DNA of 63,434 nucleotides, the filler included, from Chrysochromulina tobinii (lineage: Eukaryota): NCBI GenBank assembly GCA_001275005.1. It is 6 parts of 6 records of this genome, joined end to end, with 100 filler letters (N's around TTAATTAATTAA, not from the genome) between each part and the next. Parts side by side here need not be neighbours in the genome. Positions count along the whole stretch, not along the records: positions 17,834 to 34,021 come from JWZX01000746.1; positions 34,122 to 42,856 come from JWZX01000748.1; positions 42,957 to 51,671 come from JWZX01000749.1; 3 more parts are not named here. One strand, given 5' to 3'. The translations under genes were made by a program, and so were the position numbers. Shown one piece after another: positions 31,928 to 43,414 of this stretch. The notes under the pieces were generated by a model, which was given only the letters and a program-made list of their open reading frames with translations, had not been told where the DNA came from and did not search any database. Every line of letters begins with the position of its first letter. The first letter of the stretch is position 1.

Positions 31928-33334
31928 ATGCTCCGAAGCCTACTCTCATTGACGGCCTTCGCTCGGCCGCGCATGCACCTGGCGCCGCGCATGGCGTCCG
32001 CAGCCGACGCGCTCGGTGGCCCGGAGATTGCGGTGCTCGGCGGCGGCTTCGGTGGCCTGTACACGGCGCTGCGGTTGTGCAGCCTCGACTGGTCGGGCGG
32101 CCCGGCGCCGCGCGTGACGCTCGTCGATCGTTCGGATCGCTTCGCCTTCTCCCCGATGCTCTACGAGCTCGCCACGGGCACTGCCACCTCGTGGGAGGTG
32201 TCGCCACGGTACGAGGACCTGCTCGCGGGCACGCAGGTCGAGTTCGTGCGCGCCGAGGTGTGCGGCCTGGACGAGGCGGAGCGGGTGGTGACACTGCGCT
32301 CGGGCACCGCTGAGCGCCAGCTGCCGTACGACCAGTGCGTGCTCGCCTTTGGGCTGCAGCCGCGCACGGACGCCGTGCCGGGCGTCTCGGAGCACGCGCT
32401 CACATTCCACAGCGCGGAGGATGCGCTCGAGCTCAAGAAGCAGCTCGCGCTCGCCCAGCACGCGTGCCGCGGTACGGGCACGCCGCTGCGAATCGGCATC
32501 ATCGGCGGCGGCTACGTGGGCGTCGAGCTGGCTGCCAACCTCGCGAGCGCCCTGAGCGCAGCGCACGCGAACGGCGCGCCGGCGCCGAGTGTCGGACGGC
32601 CGGGCAGTTGCCCTCCGTCATCGACTCATCCACCGCAGATCACTCTCGTGCACCGATCCGAGCAGCTGCTCCCCGGCGCGCAGCCCTTCTCGCGCGACGA
32701 GGCGCAGCGCCGCCTCCAGTCCGCCGGCGTCGAGCTGCGCCTGGGTACGCGCGTAGTGAACGTGACGCCCGAGGCGATCAGCCTGGTGCCCACGACGGCG
32801 CCCGACGGCGCGCCGGTGACCGAGCTACCGGTGGACCTGACGGTTTGGTCTGCGGGCATGTGCCCATCCTCAGTGGTGCCCGGCCTGCCGCTGCCGCTCG
32901 ACGCGCGCGGGCGCATCCTCGCCGACGCGACGCTCCGCGTGCGGGGCCATCCGCGCCTCTTTGCACTTGGGGATGCGGCGGCGGTCGTCGACGCGCGGCG
33001 CGTTGAGGCGCCACCGACGGCGCAGGCGGCCATGCAGCAGGCCGACTACGTCGCGTGGAACGTACGCGCCGTCGTGCGCGGCGAAGCGCTCCTCCCCTTC
33101 CGGTACGAGAACCTCGGGGAGATGCTCTCGCTTGGTGACCAAAGCGCGACGATCGCAGCGCTCGCACAAGCGGTGCGCCTCAACGGCCCGGTGGCGTACG
33201 CCGTACGCCGTGCCGTGTACGCGGCGCGCATGCCCACGTCCACGCAGGCGGCCAAGGTCGGCCTCTCGTGGGCGGTGGATGCCGCGTTTGGCGCGATGCG
33301 CAAGGCGGCCCAGCTGCCTGACAAGAGGAAGTGA
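31928..33334 (+). CDS. NDC1: Type II NAD(P)H dehydrogenase C1 (NDC1/NdbB-like), organelle-targeted
   Basis: 'VLGGGFGGLYTALRL..LDW', 'VDRSDRFAFSPMLYEL', 'IGGGYVGVELA', 'FALGDAA', 'TAQAAMQQADYVAWN', 'FRYENLGEMLSLG'. Confidence 0.88.
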   Translation: MLRSLLSLTAFARPRMHLAPRMASAADALGGPEIAVLGGGFGGLYTALRLCSLDWSGGPAPRVTLVDRSDRFAFSPMLYELATGTATSWEVSPRYEDLLAGTQVEFVRAEVCGLDEAERVVTLRSGTAERQLPYDQCVLAFGLQPRTDAVPGVSEHALTFHSAEDALELKKQLALAQHACRGTGTPLRIGIIGGGYVGVELAANLASALSAAHANGAPAPSVGRPGSCPPSSTHPPQITLVHRSEQLLPGAQPFSRDEAQRRLQSAGVELRLGTRVVNVTPEAISLVPTTAPDGAPVTELPVDLTVWSAGMCPSSVVPGLPLPLDARGRILADATLRVRGHPRLFALGDAAAVVDARRVEAPPTAQAAMQQADYVAWNVRAVVRGEALLPFRYENLGEMLSLGDQSATIAALAQAVRLNGPVAYAVRRAVYAARMPTSTQAAKVGLSWAVDAAFGAMRKAAQLPDKRK

Positions 33335-33576
33335 GTACTTAAGTCTTGGTGCGAACCGTGTGCATTCATGTTGGCCAAAGAGTACTACAACTCGTTGTTC
33401 GTTCATTCAGTAGGTCCGGGAAATCGGTGCAAACCCTGTTCAGGGTCGGTGACCCCTGATCAGCCTCCCCGTGCGTGGCGACCAACCGCGCCCCAATATA
33501 TTTGATATTTCAAATGAGACCCCTGATCGGAGGCACAATCGAGAGCACGTCCAAGGCAGAGAGGAAGCCGGCAAGA

Positions 33577-33973
33577 GGGGCTGATCAGGCCTGATCAGGG
33601 TCGCACTGGTTGGGCGGCCCATATAGGGTCCCAGCCTCTGTAGGGGCTGATCAGGCCTGATCAGGGTCGCACTGTGGTTGGGGGTCCCATAGGGTCCCAG
33701 CCTCGGTAGGGGCTGATCAGGCCTGATCAGGGTCGCACTGGTTGGGGGTCCCATAGGGTCCCAGCCTCTGTAGGGGCTGATCAGGCCTGATCAGGGTCAC
33801 ACTGTGGTTGGGGGTCCCATAGGGTCCCAGCCTCGGTAGGGGCTGATCAGGCCTGATCAGGGTCATGTGTTTGCATGCATGTCAAGAAAAAGGTGAAAAA
33901 ACGTTTCCATTTAAGGCTACTTGTAAGCGGCCACAAAGAGGCCGTGGCGCCCTGATCAGGCCTGTTCAGGGTG
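33577..33973. repeat. Tandem array of 64-66-bp units, each with an 18-bp perfect palindrome
   Basis: CTGATCAGGCCTGATCAG at 33581, 33647, 33713, 33777 and 33843, with a degenerate copy at 33952. Confidence 0.95.
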
Positions 33974-34021
33974 TCGAGGAGAGTCGGACCGCGCGGATAT
34001 CATGGCATCGGGATTGGCTAT

Positions 34022-34121
34022 NNNNNNNNNNNNNNNNNNNNNNNNNNNNNNNNNNNNNNNNNNNNTTAATTAATTAANNNNNNNNNNNNNNNNNNNNNNN
34101 NNNNNNNNNNNNNNNNNNNNN
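34022..34121. other. Artificial contig-joining linker
   Basis: N-run + TTAATTAATTAA + N-run. Confidence 0.98.
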
Positions 34122-34164
<43 letters not shown>

Positions 34165-36356
34165 GGCGCGGGCCGTGGGGACGGCCGGTCTTCTTCCTCG
34201 TCGATCTGGCGCGCGTAGCCGCCGACGGTGTATGAGCTACCCTTCGGACCAAAGAAGCCTTTCGCGGGCGGCGTGGCCACCGGGGGCGAGGAGGTCGGCG
34301 AGCGGCCGAAGCCTGGCGAGCGCACCCTGATGCGCGAGGGCAATGGCGGCGAGGGCGGCGCGCCGCCGACATAAGCCGACCACTCGAGCGGCCCGACGGA
34401 CTCGAGGTAATTCGTGTGCTTTCCCGCCGCAAAGGGCGGCCAGATGAAGAAGTATGCGATGGCGAGCTTGCCCAGCGCGCACCCGGCAATGATCGCCATG
34501 ATCGAGATGACGTCGCCGGCCGCGTCGCCGAAGCCGTACGTGTCCTCTTGCCACGGCAGGTCGGGTGGTCGGAAGAGATTGAGGAGGCCCGGCAGATGGA
34601 TGAGCGTGATGCCCACGCTCAGCGCCGTGGAGGCCATGCACTCGCAGACAAAATAGGCGGGGAAGCACAGGATCAGCGCACTCGCGGGCGTGGCGATCGT
34701 CGCGTAGAGCAGCAGCAGCGCGCCGCAGAATGGGTTGGTCGAGAGTGCGTTGTAGCCCACACTATCCTTCTTGGCAGGGAAGAGCATGACGCTCCCGATG
34801 AGGTAGGAGAGGGCCAAGAGTACGGTGGTCAGGCTGTCAAAGGGCAGCATGCCATACTGGCTCCAGCTTGCTATGCATGCGGCAGCTGCAAGCGCACGCA
34901 GCACCAGATCGAGGAAGTAGTACCCCATTAGAATCCGTCCTTTCTGCTGGTCGCGCCAATCTGCGTGGATCTCAATCTCGCGCTCCTTGATCCACGCGCT
35001 CATTCTCTCTGGAGATGGATGGGCGAAGGTGGGCCGATGCTGAATGCCCTTCCCGCGCGGGAGCGGCGTGGCCGGCGCCACCTTGGCCTTCACCTTGGCC
35101 TCCTCACCCTTGACGAAGTTGCCACCAAGGACGAAGTTGCCCAGCTCGGGGCGCTCAGCCTCGGCGGCGACGGCGTACACGGCTACAAGCATCGAGGCAG
35201 TGACGGAGAGGACCGCGATGAAGTCGTTCCAGTTGTTCTGGGTCAGCAGGTACGCGAACGTGAGGATGCACTGCGGTGCCGAGCCCACGAGGCCACGTGT
35301 CATACGGACCTGCGCAGCCAGCAGCTTTTTTTGTTGAGCACGCCCCAAATGCGTCGCCGCGGTTTCGCTGTCGTCGGCACTCGCGGCGGCGTCGTGCTCT
35401 ACCCACGAGGCGGCCGTCGAGAGCATCGGGATCAGCCCGCTCAAGCTGACGAAGGGCATCGCCACCATCTCGGTGTTTTCCACCAGCTGCTCCATAACCC
35501 TCTTCCAAAAGTCGGTTTGGCAGCATTCGAACTTGAAGAAGGAGATGATGATCTCGGCGAGCTTGGCCTCGAGCTCGTCGTCGAGCAGCTCGCCAGCGGT
35601 GACCAGCACGCCCATGGCCGCCGAGATCGCAATGATGATCAACGAGTAGAAGGCAAACTCGCCGCAGCCGCGCGCGGTCATGCTCAGCATGGCAAGTACG
35701 TCAGTCGCGTGGTCAAGCACTACCAGCAGGTTGAGGAAAAACGTTTGGATCTCGCCCTCGCCGGCGCACACGATGAAGACGCGCAGCTCGACGAGGACCG
35801 TCACTAGGATCATCGCGCTTGAGAGGTAGATTCCCATCCACACCGTCGGCGGCGGATCTGAGGGAGGAGCGGGCGGGTAGTGCGGCGGCGAGGGAGGCTT
35901 CCTGGGTGGCGGTGGCGGCTTGGGAGGCGGTGGCGGGCTGGGAGGCTTGGGAGGCGGCTTGGGCGGTGGTGGCGGGCTGGGAGGGCTCGGCGGCGGAGGA
36001 TGGTGCGGTGACGGGAACATGGGTGGCGGTGGTGAGGGTGATTTGCAGCGCGGCCCACAGTCGGTGCAGTCGGTGCCCAACTCGCAATACGAGGAGTACT
36101 CGTTGCCCAACCCACCGTCGTCGCATGTGTTGTCCCGCGAAAAATTGCATGTCTCCCTGCACATGCAGCCAATCGGTTGCTTAGGTGGCGGCGGATTAGG
36201 TGGTGGCGGAGGCGGACACGGTGGTAGTGATGGTGGCTTCGGAGGCGATGGCGGCGAAGGTGGAGGCGGTGGTCGCGGGTACACTAATGTTTGCCCGCTG
36301 CAGCTCGGTGGGTGCAGCGTGAGCAACAGTGGGCAGGCATACCGCCAGCGCCCCAT
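34122..36356 (-). CDS. Multi-pass membrane protein (XK-related-like) with Pro-rich stalk and Cys-rich 'CDDGG' ectodomain; 3'-truncated
   Basis: Signal peptide, SPn/KPn repeats, 'CDDGGLGNEYSSYCELGTDCTDCGPR', then many TM segments with 'DHATDVL' and 'SAPQCIL..AY'. Confidence 0.6.
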
Positions 36357-36558
36357 TCGCACAGCCCGCGCGCTCTTGAACCAACGCCCTCGAGCAGAAG
36401 GTGCGTTCTGGCTTTGGCTTTGAGCCCAAACAACACTTTGGAAAAAGCGCACAACACGGCGCTCAAGCCAAACGATGTGTCCGCCTGGGGCGTCACCTGG
36501 CGTCACCGCTCTTCGCGTTTTTCACAGCATTTCGAGTAGACTTTTTGTTGCATTTTCA

Positions 36559-37014
36559 ATGCCGCGAGTCGTGGCTCTCCGCTTCTGGCCGCTGCGACAC
36601 TTTAAGACAGTCGCTAATCAGCAGAGAGTCGCGTCGCTCGATATAACTGAGCGACGACAACATCCGGATGCCATGTTCGACATGGGCACCTCCTACTACT
36701 TTGGTACAAACGGGGCATCACAAGACACGGCCGTGGGAAAACGTTTCCTGAGACAGGCCGCTGAGGCAGGCCACGCGCGAGCACAATGCATGCTCGGTCG
36801 CATAGCTTATGATGAAATGGAGGCGCTGCGAAAGCTGAGCCAGGCTCATGACTACCAAGCAGCAGCAGAAGCGGAACGCTGGTTAACTCGAGCATCTGCA
36901 CAAGGGGAGCTCGGGGCGACTCGCACTTTGATATCACTGTGTGTGGCAAAGGGTGACCTTTTCTCGGCGTGTCAGAACGCCGGCTTGTGGTTACGGGGTG
37001 TGCTGGGCTTCTGA
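36559..37014 (+). CDS. Sel1-like repeat protein
   Basis: 'PDAMFDMGTSYYFGTNG..QD..VG..FLRQAAEAGHARAQCMLG' and 'AERWLTRASAQGE'. Confidence 0.75.
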   Translation: MPRVVALRFWPLRHFKTVANQQRVASLDITERRQHPDAMFDMGTSYYFGTNGASQDTAVGKRFLRQAAEAGHARAQCMLGRIAYDEMEALRKLSQAHDYQAAAEAERWLTRASAQGELGATRTLISLCVAKGDLFSACQNAGLWLRGVLGF

Positions 37015-37442
37015 AATGGGCGGAGGCGCTCGGCTGGCGCTGGGACTCCTGAATCCTCGCGGTCGCGCTCCGGGTACTCCACACTGACACTCATCTGGGA
37101 CCGCGGTATTAGCGTAATATACGAAAAGTTCGGTTTCGCGTACTCTGAGCGCCGGCGCGCGGCGATGCCGTGCGCGACACGACCGGACCACATCATCATC
37201 AACCACATCTCGCCGCACCGCGGGAAGCGGACCAACATTAACACACACGTGCATGCAACAACATGCCTCGCAATAACAAACGCCATCCGCGGAGCTCTGC
37301 CTCTCCGAAACGCGCACGATCCGATCGCTTGGATCTATAGTCGACCGCGGAGCGGCGTTGCCGCCGGCCGCTCTGTCCTCTGACGAACTCTGACGTGCAC
37401 ACCCTGCAACCTCTGAAATAGGGAACACATGATGAGCCAGCA

Positions 37443-39011
37443 TCACAATTTCGCGTCCATCTTCAACGCCGAGAGCTTCTTGAAGGCCCCCTCAATACGC
37501 GCGAGATGCTTGGTACCCTTCAACGGCTGGTTGATGCTCGCATCTGGGTGGAGCAGCCGAAGGAGCTGCCGCAACCTTTTGCTCACCTGCTGGTCGGTCG
37601 CGAGCGGCTTGAGGCCGAGCGCGTCCCTGAGCGTCTTGCTATTCTTGGACATCACGCGCTGGACGGCGAGGTCGCGCTCAACAGCCATCTCATCGCGATC
37701 GTTCGAACCACCCTCCTCCTTGCAAGTGAGCCGCGCTCGCGCGAGCAACTCAGCCGCTGCCTCCTCGCCCGCATCGCTCTCAACGAAGGCCTGCGGGTAC
37801 TCGGCGGTGCCACGGCTTGCCCTCGCAGTATAGGCCTCGGCGGACGATGAGGCGGAATGTGTGGCATCACTTCTTGCAGTATCATCCCAAGGCCATCGCC
37901 ACCCACTCTGCGGCGGCGGCGGTGGCGGATGTGGCGGCATCGGTACTGCTGGCTCCAAGACAGGCGCCTCCACAGGCGGGATCTCATCACCGTCATCACC
38001 GCTCACGTCGACCGCCTCGTCCTGGCTCCAGTCCGAGGAATTAGACGACGCTTGTGGCGGCGCCTCGCAACTCGCCGACGAGGACGAAGCTGAAGGGGTA
38101 GACGCCACCGGCGCGCGATCGGCCTTCCGCTCAAACTTCTTTTGCCACAGCGGAGGCGCCTCAGCGGCCGCTTGACGCGCCGCCCTCAATCGCGCCGCCT
38201 CAAACATCTCCGCCTCCCGCCGGCGCGCCTGCTCCTGCACCTCCTCTGCATAACGGCTATTCTTCGTCATCGCCTCTTTCATCACCTGCTTCGCGCGCTC
38301 AAACTCGGCTTCACGGATCTGGGCAAAGCGCTCAGCGCGGTGTGCGGCGGCGGCCTCGGCTCGCCGAAGCAGCTCGGTCGCCAGCTCTTTCTCGTGCCGC
38401 TCGCGCTCCGCCTTCGCCGCCTCCGCCTTCTCCGCCAACTCCTCCTGGGCTCGACGGCTCCGCTCCTCGTCGAGCTTGCGCTGCGCGCGCTGCTCGTCGA
38501 TCCGAATCCTGTTGGCTGCCTCTTCCGCCGCGCGGCTGAGTTGCACATCGGCCTTGGCTGCCGCCGCGTACTCACGCTCCTGCTGTGCGGCCTCCTCACG
38601 CGTCCTTGCAGCTTTCTTGTAGGCCGCTTCTTTGTGCACCTTCTCCATCTCCTTCATACTCCTGATCACGGCTGCCTTGACCTCTTCCGCCTCGCGCCGC
38701 TTCTTCTCGAGCGCCTCCTCCGCGGCCTTGACCTTCTCGGCGAACTCCTTGGCCGCTGAGGCTGCCTTCCCCTGTGCAGCCGCGCGGCGCTTGGTCCGGT
38801 TGCTCTCCAGCACCTCTGCGTTGCTGCCGTTGTCTGCGCTTCCCTTGGGCGTGCTCTTGGGAGAGCTACCCTTGGGCGATGCCTTGGGCGCCTTGGAGGG
38901 GCTCATGTGTGAGTTGGGGGAGTTGGGCGGCTTCTTCGCGAACGCATTGCCCCGATTTTGAAAGACGACGGCCGACGCCAGCGCGTTGAGGCGCGGCCCG
39001 AGGACATCCAT
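37443..39011 (-). CDS. Coiled-coil protein with C-terminal J-domain (DnaJ-like)
   Basis: Long E/K/R/A coiled coil; 'LRDALGL...QVSKRLRQLLRLLHPD...AFKKL' with the HPD motif. Confidence 0.75.
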   Translation of the reverse strand: MDVLGPRLNALASAVVFQNRGNAFAKKPPNSPNSHMSPSKAPKASPKGSSPKSTPKGSADNGSNAEVLESNRTKRRAAAQGKAASAAKEFAEKVKAAEEALEKKRREAEEVKAAVIRSMKEMEKVHKEAAYKKAARTREEAAQQEREYAAAAKADVQLSRAAEEAANRIRIDEQRAQRKLDEERSRRAQEELAEKAEAAKAERERHEKELATELLRRAEAAAAHRAERFAQIREAEFERAKQVMKEAMTKNSRYAEEVQEQARRREAEMFEAARLRAARQAAAEAPPLWQKKFERKADRAPVASTPSASSSSASCEAPPQASSNSSDWSQDEAVDVSGDDGDEIPPVEAPVLEPAVPMPPHPPPPPPQSGWRWPWDDTARSDATHSASSSAEAYTARASRGTAEYPQAFVESDAGEEAAAELLARARLTCKEEGGSNDRDEMAVERDLAVQRVMSKNSKTLRDALGLKPLATDQQVSKRLRQLLRLLHPDASINQPLKGTKHLARIEGAFKKLSALKMDAKL

Positions 39012-39286
39012 GATGAGCTGCACAGAAATTTTTGGGTGCCCTAACGAGAGGAAGCCGAGCAGGCAGCCCTGGAGTCCCCCGACAGGTTTTGACTCAGAAG
39101 TTTGAGGCGGGTCCACAGTGTCGCATGTGTGACGGCGCCTCCGACTGAGAAAAAACGCCGTGCTGGGCAACGAGCTGCTTATGTCTGTCTCTGTTTTCTT
39201 GCTCAGGCCTAAGCCCCTGCCATTCGCACGGCCGTACTGACCACAGCGTCTCGTGCCTGCTACCCCCTCGCAGACTCGCAGAAGCA

Positions 39287-39641
39287 ATGGGCCTTGGCAT
39301 GGGCGCGGGCCGCATGTGCAATCGTACGCGGCCATTCTGAAAATTGAACCTCGCCGCCGCCCTTGATGCGCTCTGCCAGCTGCGCAGCCGGAGCTCGGGC
39401 GATTTCGCGCGTTCTCTCTCCTCACCCCACCACCGGTGCCCCGCCCATAGGCATCCTCAAGAACGACAGCAACCAGGTCATCATGGGCACCCTGGGCATC
39501 TGCGTTGCTGGCTTCACGATCGGCGGCGCATGGTTCACCTGGATCTCAGGCCGTAAGCCGCGTACGCTGACGCCGGCGTGGGCGGCGGCGACGGCCAAGT
39601 ACCGTGCGGCGCAGAACCAGGACCCCATCACCAACCAATAA
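39287..39641 (+). CDS. Cytochrome c oxidase subunit 4-like small membrane protein; two exons (39287-39323, 39451-39641)
   Basis: A GT...TAG intron (39324-39450) joins in frame to give 75 aa. One TM helix is followed by 'PRTLTPAW..AT..YR..QNQDPIT', which resembles the COX4/Cox5 C-terminus. Confidence 0.55.
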
Positions 39642-40061
39642 GCAGCAGTCGACTGGGAGAGTCGGGACAGGGCAATCCGTTATTTGGAGTCGGCAGGGAC
39701 TGCCTGCGCAGTCCTGGCGGCAGCGCGCTTCGCAATGCCCGAAGGTGGTGCGGGACCTACCGCGAGCTACGCTCGTGGGTAGAGGGGTCATTACGTCGCT
39801 GCCTGGAGAACTGTGGTGTATGGCGTCCCCGGCGGGCAGTGGCGGCATCACTGTGTTCTTTGTGCGATTTTGCCGCTCGGCTGGGCCTGGTTGATAGGTT
39901 CATGTTAAATCGCACGCGTCAGGCTGAAACCCACAAATAATTTACGCAGCGTGCTTTGAAACAGTGTCCTTCTCTTAAGCACGCACACTGCTGACTAAAG
40001 ACAGGAAAGTGGTACCAGTGACATACATAGACGCTCGGGGAGTAAAATGGAAACATGGAGC

Positions 40062-40650
40062 TCAAACGTTGGTCGCCCGCGTGTAGATGGACTGCTGCTT
40101 ATGAATAAGGATGTCCTTGATCAGGCCCTTGGCGAAGAGCTCCCTGATCGCCTTGCGCGCGAGCGAGCCGTTCACCTTGAGCTTCTCGGAGATGATGGAG
40201 GGCGTGATGAGGCGCTGCTTGGGCACGTCGGAGAAGAGCTTTTCGTACGTAATCTTGTCGAAGAGCACCAAGTTCGCGAGCTTCTCCTTGACTTTGCCCT
40301 TGCTCCACTTCTGCGAGCAGTAAGAGCAGGCGAGCAAGCGGCGGTCGGAAAGGTCGACCCCATGATGGGCGAAACGCGTACACGCAGAGCCAGCGTTATA
40401 CAGCCGGGCGCCATCGCAAGTTTTATGGGCTGTCGCGGCCATAGCAGCATCGCGGCGTCGGCGGGCGCAGGCCTTGGCACGGTCGCGATGATAAGCCCAC
40501 GGCACATTGGCTCATGACAAAGGTCGCGCCGGAGCAGCAGCATGACGATCTGGGCAACTTCAAGGGGAGGGGGGTGGCACGCACCTTCTTCTTGCCCTTG
40601 CCGCTGCTGGACTTCTCGTTCATCTTCGGTTCCGCCTTTTTCGGCGCCAT
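40062..40650 (-). CDS. RPS25: 40S ribosomal protein S25; two coding exons (40650-40585, 40310-40062)
   Basis: 'MAPKK...[30 protein letters not shown]...[15 protein letters not shown]...IYTRAT'; GT-AG intron at 40311-40584. Confidence 0.97.
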
Positions 40651-41108
40651 GGCTGGCGACTAGAAGACCCTGCGCGCAGGGACACGAAGAGCAGGCTCAG
40701 AGAGCTTGTGGCGATGGCGCCCGAGCCACAGGCCAAGTGTGCAGTTGCGATTGCATGGGCGCGCTGTGCTGCCGGAGAGGCCCATTGGAACCAGCCGCCG
40801 TCTTGGAGCCAGGCAGCGTGGCTGAGGGCGGCGTCGCTAGCGTCGTAAGAGCTGACGACGTGGCCGAAGAGCATTGCTGACCTGTGGTCTTGGGCGATTC
40901 TGGGGAACGCAATATGTGTGAAGCAAAACGCCGTCGCGATAATCTCACCCCGACTGCACTCACTACATGTATCACCCACATACTAGTACTGTGCACACAC
41001 TCTCCCCTCGAAGTTGTTCACAGCCCAAACTCTGGTCCCTCCTGAGCCTCCTCATCGCTTCAGAAGGTCGGTGACGCCGCAATAGCCCTCTCTTCGGCCT
41101 GTGCATCG

Positions 41109-42856
41109 ATGCAGAAGAAGGCTTCGCAGGACTCCCTGTTCGCCGCGCTCGGAGTCGCCCCCGCAAAGAGCCCTACGGAGTCGGGCGCCACGCTTTTTAC
41201 GTCCAACAAAGAAAGGGCGGACGACCCTCTCTTTGGTGGTGACCCTCTCGCGCCAGCTCCCTCAAAGGCCTCGCAGCCGATGCCGGCGTCGCCCTTCAAG
41301 CCACCGCAAGCCTTCAAGCCGCCGCCGCCGGCCGTGGCCGCCCCGGACCCGCTCGTCCAGGCGAGCGTCGTCGATGACGACCCGCTCTCGATGATGAGCG
41401 CTGCGACGGAGACGGCGGCGGCTGCGGCCGCTGCCGCCGCCAAGGCGGCGGCGGCAGCCCGAAAGGCTGAGGAGCTGTTCAAGAGTGAGGCCGTAGACTC
41501 GGTACGGCCCATAGAGAACCCACTGTCGATGCCGCCACGAGGATCCTCCTCGGAGTCGCTCTCGTCGTCCGCCGGATCGCCTGGCGGCGGAATGCTGCTA
41601 AAGGCCACAATTGCACCGCCGCCGACCTTTAGCGGCATTCCACCGCCGCCGCCAGGCGACCCGCCGAGCTGGCAATCGCCACGGGTGCCGCTGCACGTGG
41701 GCGAGGCGCAGCTCGACCGGCCGGCTGCCGCGCAGTGCGTTCTCACGGGGTTGCACGAAAAAAGCGCGGGCACGCTCTACCTGACAAATCTGCGCATGAT
41801 CTGGGAGCCGCTGCAGGCTCCTAACGACGCCAAAGGCGCCAACGAGGCGTACGCGGGCCTGCCGGCGGTGCTCGGTCTCGAGACGCCGCGACTGCTCTCG
41901 GTGCCGCTCTACTCGATCGTGAGCAAAAAAATATATCGCTCGCAGGCGGGCGTCATCTTCGAATTGCTTCAAAAGTACAATAGCCGCCCGGCGCTGCGGG
42001 TCGGGCTCAGCGAGAGCGACTGCTCGCGCATCTCTGCATCTCTGACCCTCCACCTGAAGCCGCCCGCGAACCCCATGGAAGTGCGTGCCAATGTGCAGCG
42101 CTCGTACGCCGTGCTGCACGGCAGCCAGCTCGCCCCTACGGTCCAGCGTGAGGCGCACTCGAATGCGTTCAAGGGGTGGACCTCCACGTACGATGCGAGC
42201 GCGGACTACCAGCGGATGGGGCTCCTGAACCCGCTCTCGCACTGGCGCGTCTCGGAGCAGAACGCGGACTATCAGCTGTGCGGCACCTACCCAGCCAAGC
42301 TGGTCGTTCCCCGCTCGGTCAAGGACGATGATCTACACAAGGCCGCTCAATTCCGCTCTGGACGACGCGTGCCCGTGCTGTGCTGGAAGGACCCGTTTGG
42401 CGTCGCGTCCATCAGCCGCTCGTCGCAGCCGTGCGTGGGCGTGTCCAAGATGCGCTCGCCGCAGGACGAGGCGCTGCTCCAGGCCATCGCCGACACGAAC
42501 CCGTTCAACGAGCGGCTGCAGATCATCGATTGCCGGCCACGTGTGAACGCGGAGCTCAACGCCGCGAAGGGCAAGGGGTACGAGCATCAGGCGCAGTACA
42601 TCAACACGAAGCTCTCGTTTATGAGCATCGAGAACATTCACGTGATGCGCGCGTCGCTCAAAACCTTCCTTAAGCTGCTGGAGCCGAAGACGCTCAACGC
42701 ATCCAAGACGGGCGAGCTGTACAAGGAGGAGGATTCCTTCTTGAGCGACCTCGACAAGAGCGGTTGGATGGGCCACATCCTGAAGATCATTCGCACCACG
42801 GCGACGGTGGTCAAGATGATCTCGGTCGACCGCGCCTCGGTGCTCGTGCACTGCTC
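41109..42856 (+). CDS. Myotubularin phosphoinositide phosphatase (3'-truncated)
   Basis: GRAM-like 'GTLYLTNLRMIW', 'WRVSEQNADYQLCGTYP', 'FRSGRRVPVL', 'RSSQP', 'GKGYE', 'IENIHVMR'; ends at the active-site 'VLVHC'. Confidence 0.93.
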
Positions 42857-42956
42857 NNNNNNNNNNNNNNNNNNNNNNNNNNNNNNNNNNNNNNNNNNNN
42901 TTAATTAATTAANNNNNNNNNNNNNNNNNNNNNNNNNNNNNNNNNNNNNNNNNNNN
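42857..42956. other. Artificial contig-joining linker
   Basis: N-run + TTAATTAATTAA + N-run. Confidence 0.98.
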
Positions 42957-43414
42957 ACACATACAACACAACACGTGAGCCACAACCAGGCGAGCGCACG
43001 TGCGCCCACGTGTCTAGGCGCGCGTCAAAGTGGCCCATGTCTCCTGTAAGTTTGATCGGTGCGCACGCGCCGCGTCTTTAGGACGTGTGCGACCACCGCC
43101 TTCGAACCTTGCACGCACGACCACACACCTCACACGGACCAGATCACGTCACGCTGAGAAGAACTGAGAAGCATTGCTGAGACAGGTCTCGTCCGCCCCA
43201 CAGATACCCTTTGTTAGCGCGCGCCGAGGCTCACTCGGCAGAGCTCTCACCACAATCATCAATACTCTTATTGTGACGTTCAGAACCATCCGCGCTGAGA
43301 GGCGAAGCGCTGCAAACGAATGCGTCTGAAGCTCGGACAGCCACCGTCTCTCCATGGTGCGGAGGCGTGGGCCGCCCGCATCAGCCTCGGGACGCGCATC
43401 GAGCTTACGAGAGC

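Noticed and set aside
33577..33864. CRISPR-like array (palindromic repeat with regular spacing)
   Set aside because: The spacers are near-identical copies of each other, there are no cas genes, and the context is eukaryotic. It is a tandem repeat.
40311..40584. Possible intronic snoRNA in RPS25
   Set aside because: No clear C/D (RUGAUGA...CUGA) or H/ACA boxes are visible.
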